A DNA stretch of 64,000 nucleotides from Flavobacteriales bacterium. Lineage in GTDB: Bacteria > Bacteroidota > Bacteroidia > Flavobacteriales_F > PHOS-HE28. Position 1 is the stretch's first letter, and each line of letters begins with the position of its first letter. Location of the stretch: contig JAHBUK010000005.1 in the NCBI GenBank assembly GCA_019638115.1, positions 91,111 through 155,110 of the forward strand, written 5' to 3'. The position numbers and the translations under genes are program-made. Under the pieces are notes generated by a model. The model worked only from the letters and a program-made list of their open reading frames with translations, was not told where the DNA came from and ran no database searches. This document shows positions 10,488 through 19,805 of the stretch, piece by piece.

Positions 10488-11282
10488 TCAGCGCCATCTG
10501 CGGCCAAGCTCCTTGTCCTTGTCGTCGTGGAAATAATAGCGCAGGTCCACGGTCAGGTAAGTGCCATCCAGCGCGGTCCTCATGTTGTAAGGGAAGAAGT
10601 TGTTCCGCACATCGTAATAGGTGAGCTCGGCCGTGGCCATGTCGTTGAAAGGCCTGTGGTAAGTGGCGCCGAGGTAGAAAATGCCGTGCTTCTCGGTGCG
10701 GTATTCCACCCCCATGTTGCCGATCACGCCAAGCTGCATCCAGCTGTTGTAGTACATGTAGATGCGCCCGCTTTCCAGGTCTTTCTGCACATCGCTCGGA
10801 TAACTGTCGAAGCTGATGCCCAGTGCGGTGTTCATCCAGGTGCGTTCACCAAGGCGGATGTAGACCAGGCCCGTGATCGGGATCTCGTAGCCGGTGTGTC
10901 GCACACGGCTGCTTTCGCTGATGCCGCTGGTATCGTTCTGCAGGCCGAAGGTGTATTGGCGCCGGATCTGTCCGATGCCGGTCTCCAGCGAAAAGCTTTT
11001 GGAGATGCCGACCCTAACGCTCATGCCGAACGCGAATCCCCCGGTCAACTCCACGGAACCTTTCAGGAAGGGCCTTTCAACGGTGGTAAGTGGGTCGAAG
11101 AACTCGAAGGGGACCACCGGCTTCACCTGGATCCCGAAGCTGGTGAGCCCTGCCTGGCCGGATGCCAGAAGCGCAGTGCAACACGCGAAGACTGCGCTCA
11201 GAGCCCGCGATCGGATGCCGCCACCATAAGCTGCTGACCAACGCGCAGCGTGCTTTTTCGGGTTATGCCGTTCAATTCGCAC
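10488..11282 (-). CDS. Outer-membrane beta-barrel protein (PorT/OmpA-like beta-barrel family); start uncertain
   Basis: Alternating beta-strand pattern, GYEIPITG, C-terminal VDLRYYF; follows the M23 gene in the same orientation. Confidence 0.55.
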   Translation of the reverse strand: MRIERHNPKKHAARWSAAYGGGIRSRALSAVFACCTALLASGQAGLTSFGIQVKPVVPFEFFDPLTTVERPFLKGSVELTGGFAFGMSVRVGISKSFSLETGIGQIRRQYTFGLQNDTSGISESSRVRHTGYEIPITGLVYIRLGERTWMNTALGISFDSYPSDVQKDLESGRIYMYYNSWMQLGVIGNMGVEYRTEKHGIFYLGATYHRPFNDMATAELTYYDVRNNFFPYNMRTALDGTYLTVDLRYYFHDDKDKELGRRWR

Positions 11283-12364
11283 AGGGTGTTGATGCTGGTG
11301 CCGTACTGTTCTGCGATGGCGTAAAGATGCTCACCTTTTTGCACGGTGTGGAATTGGGTGCCGAGCGGATACGCCGCATAGCTCCAACGGGTCTTCTTCA
11401 AAACCAGTGTGTTGCAGGTCGTTTCACCCAGGGAAAGGTCGAGAAAGCGCGAGGGATCGATCGGAATGCCCTTGAAGCGGACTTCGAGGTGCAGGTGCGG
11501 ACCGGTGCTCCGGCCGGTGCTGCCCCCCAGCCCGATCACCTCGCCGGCATCCACTTCGGTGCCAACGCTCACCTTGGTGCGGTGCAGGTGCGCATAGTAG
11601 GTTTCCAGACCGTTCCAGTGGCGCACCACCACCAAGCGACCGTAGCTGCCATAGCTGCCGGCGAAACGCACCACGCCGGGGAACATGCTGCGCACCGGCT
11701 CGCCCACCCGAAGGTCCAGGTCGATGCCGTTGTGCTGCCGCCCGTCGCGGTGGCCGAAGCGCGAGGTAAGAACACCCGGCACCGGCATGTGGAAGCCGCA
11801 GGCTTGCTCCGCGTCCATCAGGTTCAGCAGCAGTACACTGTCGCTCTTGGAGAGTTCGGGTCCGTAGGCATTGGGGTGCTCGGTTATCCAATCACCGTAC
11901 AAGTGCCCACCGGGATATTGGCAGGAGCTGTGCCAGGCCACGTAAAGCCCTTCATCCACCGAGCGTTGCGTGGGCATCTCGTTGGCGTAGAGGTTTATCT
12001 CGTTGATGAGCGCGTAAGGCACCACCTCCAGTTCGAAGAGCGAGTCCACCAGCTGCACCAGGGCATGTTCATCCATGCTTCTGATGCGCTGGAATAGCCG
12101 CAGGTCGCGGATCAGGTCCAACGGTGGTTCAGGCAGTGTGCACAGACTGTCCAGCAGTTGGGCCAGGTATTCGTCCGTGAGCATCTCCTCGGCCTCCAGC
12201 AGCTTCTGGTCGCCGTAGAACACCATGGCGCTGAGCGTGTCGCCCGCCGTGTCGGGTGCTGGTAGCTGTGCGCTAAGGCTGAAGCTTTGGGTCAGCAACA
12301 AGCCCAGTGCACATGCCGAACGGAGCAGGTGCAGCAAGAAGGATGGGCGCAAAGAGCAGTGCAT
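11198..12364 (-). CDS. M23 family peptidase with C-terminal LysM domain
   Basis: HNGIDL, YAHL and GPHLHLE zinc motifs; HTVQKGEHLYAIAEQYG LysM; signal-peptide-like start at ATG 12364. Confidence 0.85.
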   Translation of the reverse strand: MHCSLRPSFLLHLLRSACALGLLLTQSFSLSAQLPAPDTAGDTLSAMVFYGDQKLLEAEEMLTDEYLAQLLDSLCTLPEPPLDLIRDLRLFQRIRSMDEHALVQLVDSLFELEVVPYALINEINLYANEMPTQRSVDEGLYVAWHSSCQYPGGHLYGDWITEHPNAYGPELSKSDSVLLLNLMDAEQACGFHMPVPGVLTSRFGHRDGRQHNGIDLDLRVGEPVRSMFPGVVRFAGSYGSYGRLVVVRHWNGLETYYAHLHRTKVSVGTEVDAGEVIGLGGSTGRSTGPHLHLEVRFKGIPIDPSRFLDLSLGETTCNTLVLKKTRWSYAAYPLGTQFHTVQKGEHLYAIAEQYGTSINTLCELNGITRKSTLRVGQQLMVAASDRGL

Positions 12365-12432
12365 GACGGGCGTACTACGCGAAAGCGGGGCGTGAAGATA
12401 TCCGCGCGTTCGATCCGGCGTATCCGGGGGCA

Positions 12433-12759
12433 TCAGGAGTTAAGCCAGGCACCCAGGAAGGCGGCCAGGATCGCCAGCAGCACCAGGCCGAGCAAGCCCC
12501 AGCGCACGTAGGGGCTGGAAATGAACGGTTCCCGGTGCCGGCCAAGCACCCCGTAGTTGATCCGTATCGCGGCATCGCGGTGGCGTTGCTTCACACCGAT
12601 CAGGGTCATGCCCTCGTCGCGGTCGGCCTCGTACCGAATGCCGGCCTGCTCCAAACCGTGCATGAACTCGCTGCCCATTTCCGCATCGCCGAAGCGGAAC
12701 ACCATCCACGTGGGGTCCGTCGGATGATCGTCGAAGTTGGTGAGGTTCAGAAGCGCCAT
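12433..12759 (-). CDS. Hypothetical small membrane protein
   Basis: 108 aa, host-like codon usage, C-terminal TM helix, co-oriented between the nitroreductase and M23 genes. Confidence 0.65.
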   Translation of the reverse strand: MALLNLTNFDDHPTDPTWMVFRFGDAEMGSEFMHGLEQAGIRYEADRDEGMTLIGVKQRHRDAAIRINYGVLGRHREPFISSPYVRWGLLGLVLLAILAAFLGAWLNS

Positions 12760-12816
12760 GCTTCAGTGGAGCTTTGGTTGCACCGGGTAAGGGCTTTCGG
12801 GTGGACGGCCAGGTTC

Positions 12817-13404
12817 TTACTCCTCCCGCCAGGTGATCACTTGGTCCAGCGGTTTCCGGTAGCCTTTGGGCCATTCAACGGCCGGGTAGCCCATGTAGAA
12901 CAGGCCAAGGGCCTGGTCGTTGGGGCCCAGGCCCAGGAAGTCGCGCATGGCAGCTCCGGTCATGGGGCCGCCGGTGGCCCAAAAGCCTCCAAGCCCGTAG
13001 GCGGTGCAAGTGAGGTGCATGTTCTGCACGGCACAGGCCACGGCCAGCAATTCATCGCGCTCGCTGATCTTACCATTGGGGTCGCGCACCATGCCCAATG
13101 CAATGATGACGCTGCTCTGCATAGGGCGCAGGGTAACGTTGTCGTACTTACGCTGCAGGAACTTCTCCGGCGGCGTGCTCTTCGTGTACACATCGCCGAG
13201 GAACTGGCTGAGCGTTTCGCGAGCGGCACCGGTGAATACCGTGAAGCGCCAAGGCTGGGTCATGCCGTGGGTGGGCGCCCATGTGCCATTGCCGATCACC
13301 CGCTCGATGATCTCGCGATGTACCGCTCGGTCCGTGTAATCCTTGGGGAAGATGGTGCGTCTGTGGCGCACGAGCTCGGTGATCTCGCTAACACTGAATT
13401 TCAT
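12817..13404 (-). CDS. Nitroreductase family protein
   Basis: RHRRTI, WAPTHGMTQPWRF and ACAVQNMHL motifs; ATG at 13404. Confidence 0.85.
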   Translation of the reverse strand: MKFSVSEITELVRHRRTIFPKDYTDRAVHREIIERVIGNGTWAPTHGMTQPWRFTVFTGAARETLSQFLGDVYTKSTPPEKFLQRKYDNVTLRPMQSSVIIALGMVRDPNGKISERDELLAVACAVQNMHLTCTAYGLGGFWATGGPMTGAAMRDFLGLGPNDQALGLFYMGYPAVEWPKGYRKPLDQVITWREE

Positions 13405-13652
13405 GGCGGGGGAATGCGCTTTCGGGAGCACAAAGAGAAGCGATCCGCTGCGAAACATGGATCCAAGTACCAATGGTCGCCGTGGCCAGTGGTTAGGCAT
13501 GAACAACCGAAATGCCCCGCCATTGCTGGCCGGAAGTGCAGTGGGGGAGGAGGGCTTTGCTCAGCGTGGCATTGCCCGGGCAGCGTTCCCTTCCTTGGCG
13601 CTGTCTTACCTTCAACGCCCCGAACAACGAACGAAACCAGAAGACCGGAACC

Positions 13653-14663
13653 ATGTCACTACGCAATACGCTTTTAAGCACGTTGGCCGTGGTAAGCACT
13701 GCCGCCATTGCCCAGCCCACCCTTAACGCAGGCAATAACCTGCCTTCCGCGGGTGATGTTTTTGTTACCTCCACAGGCACCTATCCAACGGAAGGAAGCG
13801 TGGGGGCTGCACAGACCTTCGGGTTCTGGATGCTGCAGCAAACTGGCAACCGCAATTTCTCATTCCTCTCGCCCAGTGTTAGCAGCACCGTGGTTACCGG
13901 AGCCAACCTGCTGAGCACCGACGGCGGAAGCGATACCCTCTTCTGGCGCGGCACCGCTACCGGTCTGGAACTGCTGGCGGACAAGAGCGGCATAGGCAAC
14001 GTGGTATACACGGACCCCATTCAGGAGCTGGTCTATCCGCTCACCTACCAGACCACGTGGAGCGATGCTCTGGTGGCTTCCTACAGCGTGAGCGGCTTCC
14101 CGGTGCAGCGCACCGGTAACCTGACCGGCGTGGCGGATAGCTACGGCCTGCTGGAGTTGCCTTCCGTGGGCATCAACAACGTGCTGCGTGTGCGTGTTCG
14201 GAAGGAGATCACCGACGTTTCAGCCTTCATCACGGTGAACCGCATCAGCGAGACCTACTACTACTTCGTGGACACCGTTCCGCACCCCGTGCTGAAGCTC
14301 CAGTTGGATACCGCGATCACCGGTGGTGGCAACCCGGCCGTTACCAAAGCCGCCGTGTGGATGTACGGAGCGGGCTTCGCCAACATCGGTGAACTGGACA
14401 TGGACGACATCCGCTTCACAGCCTACCCCAACCCGGCCAGCGGTCCGGTGAACCTCTCCATTGCCGATACCGATGTTGCCGTGCGCGGCCTTGAACTGCT
14501 GGATGCCACCGGCCGCGTTATGATGCAGCAGCCCTTGATGGCTCGCCAAGCCACGGAACTGCCGGGTGCGTTCTCCACGGCGGGTCTGGCTCCTGGCGTG
14601 TACCATGTGCGCCTGATCGGCGAGCGTTCCGTACTCGGAACCCAGCGCTTGGTGGTGCAGTAG
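13653..14663 (+). CDS. T9SS-secreted protein of unknown function
   Basis: Signal peptide MSLRNTLLSTLAVVSTAAIAQ; YPNPASG...LAPGVYHV CTD. Confidence 0.8.
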   Translation: MSLRNTLLSTLAVVSTAAIAQPTLNAGNNLPSAGDVFVTSTGTYPTEGSVGAAQTFGFWMLQQTGNRNFSFLSPSVSSTVVTGANLLSTDGGSDTLFWRGTATGLELLADKSGIGNVVYTDPIQELVYPLTYQTTWSDALVASYSVSGFPVQRTGNLTGVADSYGLLELPSVGINNVLRVRVRKEITDVSAFITVNRISETYYYFVDTVPHPVLKLQLDTAITGGGNPAVTKAAVWMYGAGFANIGELDMDDIRFTAYPNPASGPVNLSIADTDVAVRGLELLDATGRVMMQQPLMARQATELPGAFSTAGLAPGVYHVRLIGERSVLGTQRLVVQ

Positions 14664-14680
14664 TCCGCTCGTACCTGTTT

Positions 14681-14714
14681 GAACGCCCTTCCCGCTTAGG
14701 TGGGAAGGGCGTTC
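14681..14714. terminator. Strong intergenic hairpin, probable intrinsic terminator
   Basis: GAACGCCCTTCCC...GGGAAGGGCGTTC, a perfect 13-bp stem 18 nt after the stop at 14663; the U-tract is weak. Confidence 0.65.
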
Positions 14715-14769
14715 GTGCTTGGTGAACCCTTGGCCATCCGCGCTGTTACCTTCATGCCCGCTCACCACC

Positions 14770-15858
14770 ATGTCCGCCACCTGGTTCCACCGCTACCTGC
14801 CACCGCAGGATGATCGGACCCCGTTCGAGAAGCTGCTGCCGCTCTTTCTGGAGCTGCTCACCCACACCAGCGGCGATGTGGAGGAAGCCCTCGATTGGAT
14901 GAAGGAACTGGACAAGGAGCACGACCTGTTCAGCAAGGACTACAGCTTGGAGGACTTCCGCAACGACCTCCGCAAGCACGGCATCATCGGCGACAGGCCC
15001 ACCAAAGGCGGCAAGACCCCGCTTACCGGCAAGGCCGAGAAACTGATCCGCGAACGCGCGTTGGAGCAGGTGTTCGGCAAGTTGAAGCGCACCGAAGGGG
15101 GAGGACACGCACTACGCCGCAGCGGGCAGGGCGATGAGCCCACCAGCGAGCGGCGCGCCTACCGCTACGGCGACCGCCTGGAACAGGTGGCCATGAGCGA
15201 CAGCATCCGCAACGCACAGCGGCGCGGCACCGATGACCTGCAACTTTCGGAGGACGACCTGGAGGTGCAGGAGACCGAGCACCAGAGCGCCTGTGCCACT
15301 GTGCTGATGATCGACATCAGCCACAGCATGATCCTCTATGGCGAGGACCGGATCACCCCGGCGAAGAAGGTGGCCATGGCCTTGGCCGAGCTCATCAAGC
15401 GCCGCTACCCCAAGGACACGCTGGACATCGTGGTGTTCGGCAACGATGCCTGGCAGGTAAGCTTGAAGGACCTGCCCTACCTGCAAGTGGGCCCCTTCCA
15501 CACCAACACCGTTGCCGGTCTGGAGCTGGCCATGGACATCCTGCGACGCCGCAAGCTCCGCAACCGCCGCATCGTGATGATCACCGATGGCAAGCCCAGC
15601 TGCATCAAGCGCGATGGCGAGTATTACATGAACAGTTTCGGCCTGGACGAGATGATCGTGGCGCGCACGCTGGATGCTGCCGTCCGCGCACGCAAGGCCG
15701 GTATCCCCATCACCACCTTCATGATCGCACAGGACCCCTACCTGCAGCAGTTCATCGAGCGCTTTACCGAAGCCAACCAGGGGCGTGCTTTCTACACCGG
15801 ACTGCAAGGCCTGGCCGACATGGTATTCCGCGATCACGCAGCGGGAAGAAAAGCGTAA
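14770..15858 (+). CDS. VWA-domain protein
   Basis: MIDAS motifs DISHS, HTNT and ITDGKP; coiled N-terminal region. Confidence 0.8.
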   Translation: MSATWFHRYLPPQDDRTPFEKLLPLFLELLTHTSGDVEEALDWMKELDKEHDLFSKDYSLEDFRNDLRKHGIIGDRPTKGGKTPLTGKAEKLIRERALEQVFGKLKRTEGGGHALRRSGQGDEPTSERRAYRYGDRLEQVAMSDSIRNAQRRGTDDLQLSEDDLEVQETEHQSACATVLMIDISHSMILYGEDRITPAKKVAMALAELIKRRYPKDTLDIVVFGNDAWQVSLKDLPYLQVGPFHTNTVAGLELAMDILRRRKLRNRRIVMITDGKPSCIKRDGEYYMNSFGLDEMIVARTLDAAVRARKAGIPITTFMIAQDPYLQQFIERFTEANQGRAFYTGLQGLADMVFRDHAAGRKA

Positions 15859-15887
15859 TGAAGGGAATGCCTGTTCTTGCTCACCTC

Positions 15888-15979
15888 GCTCGCTTTTCAA
15901 GTCTGCTTCGCTTTGCTCGCAGAACCGGGGCCATGCTCGCTTTGCTCGCCTTTCAAGTCTGCTTCGCTTTGCTCGCAGA
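15888..15979. repeat. Two 36-bp direct repeats (1 mismatch) separated by 20 bp, built from GCTCGC/GCTTCGC sub-motifs
   Basis: GCTCGC[T/C]TTTCAAGTCTGCTTCGCTTTGCTCGCAGA at 15888-15923 and 15944-15979. Confidence 0.85.
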
Positions 15980-16070
15980 GACGTACATATCTATTGCGGG
16001 TGAGTGGCGAGTGGGTCCCGTCGGGGCCACTCGCCAATCGTTACTCGCCACGCGCTAAACCCATCCCACC

Positions 16071-17561
16071 ATGCTCCCCACCACCCTCGGCGAACTGAAG
16101 AAAAGCGGATATGTATCGCGCTCCGTGAAGACGGAATTGCGCGAGAACCTGATCGCCCGCATCCGCAGCGGGAAGGCGCTCTTCGAAGGCATCCATGGAT
16201 ATGAGGATACCGTGCTCCCGGCACTGGAACGCGCCATCCTTGCCGGGCACAGCATCAACCTGTTGGGTTTGCGCGGGCAGGCCAAGACGCGCATGGCCCG
16301 TGCGCTGGTGGAACTGCTCGATGAATGGATGCCCGTGGTGGAAGGCAGTGAGATCAACGACGATCCCCTGGCGCCGCTCTCCCGTTACGCCAAGGAGCGC
16401 ATCGCCGAGCTGGGCGACAACATGCCGGTAGCGTGGGTGCATCGCAGCGAGCGCTACACGGAGAAGCTCGCCACGCCCGATGTTACCGTGGCCGACCTCA
16501 TTGGCGATAGCGACCCCATCAAGGCCGCCAACCTGAAGCTCGATTACAGCGATGAACGGGTGATCCACTTCGGGCTCATCCCACGCAGCCACCGCGGCAT
16601 CTTCGTCATCAACGAACTGCCCGACCTGCAGCCGCGCATCCAGGTGGCGCTCTTCAACATCCTGCAGGAGGGCGATGTGCAGATCCGGGGTTTCAAACTC
16701 CGCCTGCCGCTGGATATCCAGTTCGTCTTCACCGCCAATCCCGAGGACTACACCAACCGGGGCTCCATCATCACTCCGCTGAAAGACCGCATCCAGAGTC
16801 AGATCCTCACGCACTATCCGCCGAGCATCGAACTGGGCATGCGCATCACGGCCCAGGAGGCGCGCCTGCCTGACGCTGCCGGGGAGCGCGTGCGCATACC
16901 GGAATTGCTCCGCGTGCTCATTGAGCGCCTGGCCATGGAAGCCCGAGACAGCGAGTACGTGGACCGGCGCAGTGGGGTGAGCGCACGCCTTACCATCAGT
17001 GCGTTGGAGAGCGTGTCCGCCGCTGCCGAACTGCGCTTGTTGCGCAGTGGTGCCAAGCGTACCGTGGCACGCATGAGCGACCTGCAGGCCATGGTGCCGG
17101 CGATCACCGGCAAGATCGAACTGGTGTACGAAGGCGAGCAGGAGGGACCGGAGAAAGTGGCACAACACCTGCTGGGACAGGCCGTGCGCAACGTGTTCGC
17201 CGGCCTGTTCCCCGATGCGGCCAAAGCACGCAGCAAGCGCCGCAATGAGCAGGCCGCTGCAAAGCCCGATCCCTATGCGGCCATCGTAGCCCACTTCGAG
17301 GAGCACCGGCTGCAACTGCCTTCCAACGCGAGTGACAAGGCCTACGTGGCTGCGCTGGACGGCGTGGATGGTCTGCTGGACCTGGTGCGCGGGCAACACG
17401 ACTACCTGGATGCCGAAGAAGTGCCCTTGTGGGCCGAATTCGTGCTACACGGCCTGGCCGAGCACAGCCGCTTGGGGCGCACCGTGGCGACCGATGCCAC
17501 GCACTTCGATGATCTCTTCAGCCGCATGATCGCCGGTGACGGACCGGAGCAGGATGACTGA
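16071..17561 (+). CDS. AAA+ ATPase (magnesium chelatase-like/MoxR-related family), partner of the upstream VWA protein
   Basis: Walker A variant GLRGQAKT, Walker B variant IFVINE, FTANPEDY and LKDRI motifs. Confidence 0.8.
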   Translation: MLPTTLGELKKSGYVSRSVKTELRENLIARIRSGKALFEGIHGYEDTVLPALERAILAGHSINLLGLRGQAKTRMARALVELLDEWMPVVEGSEINDDPLAPLSRYAKERIAELGDNMPVAWVHRSERYTEKLATPDVTVADLIGDSDPIKAANLKLDYSDERVIHFGLIPRSHRGIFVINELPDLQPRIQVALFNILQEGDVQIRGFKLRLPLDIQFVFTANPEDYTNRGSIITPLKDRIQSQILTHYPPSIELGMRITAQEARLPDAAGERVRIPELLRVLIERLAMEARDSEYVDRRSGVSARLTISALESVSAAAELRLLRSGAKRTVARMSDLQAMVPAITGKIELVYEGEQEGPEKVAQHLLGQAVRNVFAGLFPDAAKARSKRRNEQAAAKPDPYAAIVAHFEEHRLQLPSNASDKAYVAALDGVDGLLDLVRGQHDYLDAEEVPLWAEFVLHGLAEHSRLGRTVATDATHFDDLFSRMIAGDGPEQDD

Positions 17562-18219
17562 TAGCGGTCGGGGTTTGATGGTGCGCCAACGTCGGCAGGT
17601 AGCCTTGTTGGGTGTTGCAACAGTGCTCCTGTTCGGTGGACTTGGCGTGTGGTTCATCCATCTGCAGGAGCGTTCCCTGTTGTCTTTGTTGTTGGGGCCT
17701 TGGGATTGGTACTGGCAGTTGTTGGTAGGCGCGGGCATGGGCTTGGCCACGGGCCATGCCGCTTGGTGGATCGTGCGCCAGCCCTTCATGCGCACCGTGC
17801 TCCTGCGCTATTCGGACCGATTGGGAGGGCTGTTGGGCCGCCGTTCCGATCGCATCTTCGTGTCGCTCTGTGCCGGTGTGGGCGAGGAGCTCTTCTTCCG
17901 CGGAGCCTTGCAATACTGGCTCGGCATCCCCATCACCGCGGTGATCTTCATAGCCATCCACGGCTACCTCGATCCCCGCAATTGGCGCATCAGCGTCTAT
18001 GGTCTCGCCATGACCGGCGTGATCATCGTGTACGGTGAAATGGCCGAGCACATCGGCCTGCTCTCTGCCATGGTCGCACATGCCGTGTTGGACATGGTGC
18101 TTTTGGAAAAGCTGCACCGGAACTGGCAGCGCAGGAATGATCGATGGTTGGATGCGGAACCAGGGCAAGCCTTGCAAGGAATGGAAGTTGGTCCAGATCC
18201 GGACCGGCTTGTTGAATGA
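17554..18219 (+). CDS. CPBP (CAAX/Abi) family intramembrane glutamic endopeptidase
   Basis: GVGEELFFRG, FIAIH and AHAVLD motifs; multi-TM; start uncertain (17554 or 17578). Confidence 0.8.
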   Translation: MTDSGRGLMVRQRRQVALLGVATVLLFGGLGVWFIHLQERSLLSLLLGPWDWYWQLLVGAGMGLATGHAAWWIVRQPFMRTVLLRYSDRLGGLLGRRSDRIFVSLCAGVGEELFFRGALQYWLGIPITAVIFIAIHGYLDPRNWRISVYGLAMTGVIIVYGEMAEHIGLLSAMVAHAVLDMVLLEKLHRNWQRRNDRWLDAEPGQALQGMEVGPDPDRLVE

Positions 18220-18285
18220 TCCCGCTGAGCCGAGTAAGTGTAACGGGTACTCAGAGCTGCCGGACCGGCCCTCCCGCTGCCGGTG

Positions 18286-18699
18286 TCACTCCTGCGGGTA
18301 GCGGTGGATGTCCTTGTACTGGTCATCCAATTCGCACTTCACCAAGTAGATGCGGTGGCCTATCATGGCCAATTCACGGTGGCCATGCTGCATCAACCAG
18401 GTGATGGACTCTTGCTGGCCTTCACCGGCATTGGCCAGGTGTTGCATGATCTGCGAACCATGCCGTTCCATCCAGGCGATCGCGCCCTTGTCGCCCTCGG
18501 CAATACCGATAACGGCCATCAGATGCGGGTGTCCGTTCTCCAGCAGCCACTTGCGCGCATCTCGCTTGTTGCGCAGCGCGAAGGTGAAGATGCCCAGTTC
18601 CGGGTAACCGTTCTTGATGAGCCAATCGCGCAAGCCCGCGTGGCCGCTGATGGCCTCACCCCAGGCAAGGAGCACTTTGGCGGGGTATTCGGTGCGCAT
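18286..18699 (-). CDS. Hypothetical protein with four 25-aa helical repeats
   Basis: WLIKNGYPEL / WLLENGHPHL / WMERHGSQIM / WLMQHGHREL at exact 25-residue spacing; TAACTTCG promoter-like element upstream. Confidence 0.7.
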   Translation of the reverse strand: MRTEYPAKVLLAWGEAISGHAGLRDWLIKNGYPELGIFTFALRNKRDARKWLLENGHPHLMAVIGIAEGDKGAIAWMERHGSQIMQHLANAGEGQQESITWLMQHGHRELAMIGHRIYLVKCELDDQYKDIHRYPQE

Positions 18700-18770
18700 G
18701 GCTGAAGGGGAACGAGCGGGAGTGCGAAGTTATTCCACCCGGTATGCCCGGCGTACGCAAACGCGTGGGA

Positions 18771-18778
18771 TACCTTCG
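18771..18778 (+). promoter_or_regulatory. Bacteroidota -7 promoter element variant (TACCTTCG), 4 nt before the TPR gene ATG
   Basis: Near match to TAnnTTTG in a divergent intergenic region. Confidence 0.45.
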
Positions 18779-18782
18779 CACC

Positions 18783-19799
18783 ATGCGCTACCATTTTGCA
18801 TTTCTGGGGCTCTTGATAGCACTACTTGGGCACGGCCAGGACGCCAAGCGTTGGGCCAAGGCCCGGGCCCAACTGGATGCAGGCAAAGCTTATGGGGCCA
18901 TCCGTACCTGCGACCGTATGTTGGCCGGCAAGTCGCCCCAGTTGGAGTTCCTGGTGCTGCGGGCCGAGGGCAGGAACCGGATCGGCGAAACAGACCTGGC
19001 CCTTCGTGATACCCACCGTGCCATGGCCTCGCTGCAAGGTGAGCTGTGGAAACAGGCCGCCCTGCAGACCGGTGTGGCATGGGCCGGCAAAGGCCGCAGC
19101 GACAGCGCCCGGCATTGGTATGAACAGGCCTTGGGTGCTGCGGACGAAAGCGAAGTGCTTTACCGGCTTGGTCTGCTGGACATGATCGCTGGCCACCTGC
19201 CCACGGCCAAGGCCAATTTCGACCGGGTGTTGCAATTGCGCCCTGAGCGTGCTGCGGCCTACCGGGAACGCGGGTCCTGCAACGCACGCATGGGCGATAC
19301 CACCGCTGCCCGCGCGGACTTTGACCGTGCCTTGGAGCTTGCCCCGCGCGACCCTTCCATGTGGAACGCACGCGGCTTTGAACTTTCCGCCCGCAACGGT
19401 GCCTGGCGTGCGGCGGTCGCGGATTACGACCAAGCCATCAAGCTCGATCCCAACTTCAGTTTCGCGTTCAACAACCGGGGCTTCGCCTATTGGAAACTGA
19501 ACAACGAGGACAAGGCCATGCGCGACATCAGCCTCGCCTCGCGCAAGCGGCGCAACAACCCCTTCGTGGATCGCAACCTGGGCCTCATCGCCTTGGACAA
19601 GAAGGACACAGGGGCCGCGTGCCTTCATTTCAAACGTGCCTTGGAATTACGCTTCACGGAGTTCTATGGTGCCGAGGTGCAGGACCTTGTGAACACGCAC
19701 TGCGGCTCAAGCGCGCCTCCGCCGCAGGTGCCAGCCATACCCAAAGAGGCAGCGCCGGAGCGCCCAAGCAACGCACCTGCACGCACTAACGCACCCTGA
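18783..19799 (+). CDS. Tetratricopeptide repeat protein with signal peptide
   Basis: Multiple TPRs (AYRERG...DFDRALELAP, AFNNRG); ATG at 18783. Confidence 0.85.
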   Translation: MRYHFAFLGLLIALLGHGQDAKRWAKARAQLDAGKAYGAIRTCDRMLAGKSPQLEFLVLRAEGRNRIGETDLALRDTHRAMASLQGELWKQAALQTGVAWAGKGRSDSARHWYEQALGAADESEVLYRLGLLDMIAGHLPTAKANFDRVLQLRPERAAAYRERGSCNARMGDTTAARADFDRALELAPRDPSMWNARGFELSARNGAWRAAVADYDQAIKLDPNFSFAFNNRGFAYWKLNNEDKAMRDISLASRKRRNNPFVDRNLGLIALDKKDTGAACLHFKRALELRFTEFYGAEVQDLVNTHCGSSAPPPQVPAIPKEAAPERPSNAPARTNAP

Positions 19800-19805
19800 A
19801 CAAGC

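Noticed and set aside
15888-15979. Possible mini-CRISPR array, since the repeats are 36 bp
   Set aside because: There are only two units, the 20-bp spacer is itself made of the repeat sub-motif, the ends are not GTT...AAC-like, and no cas genes are present.
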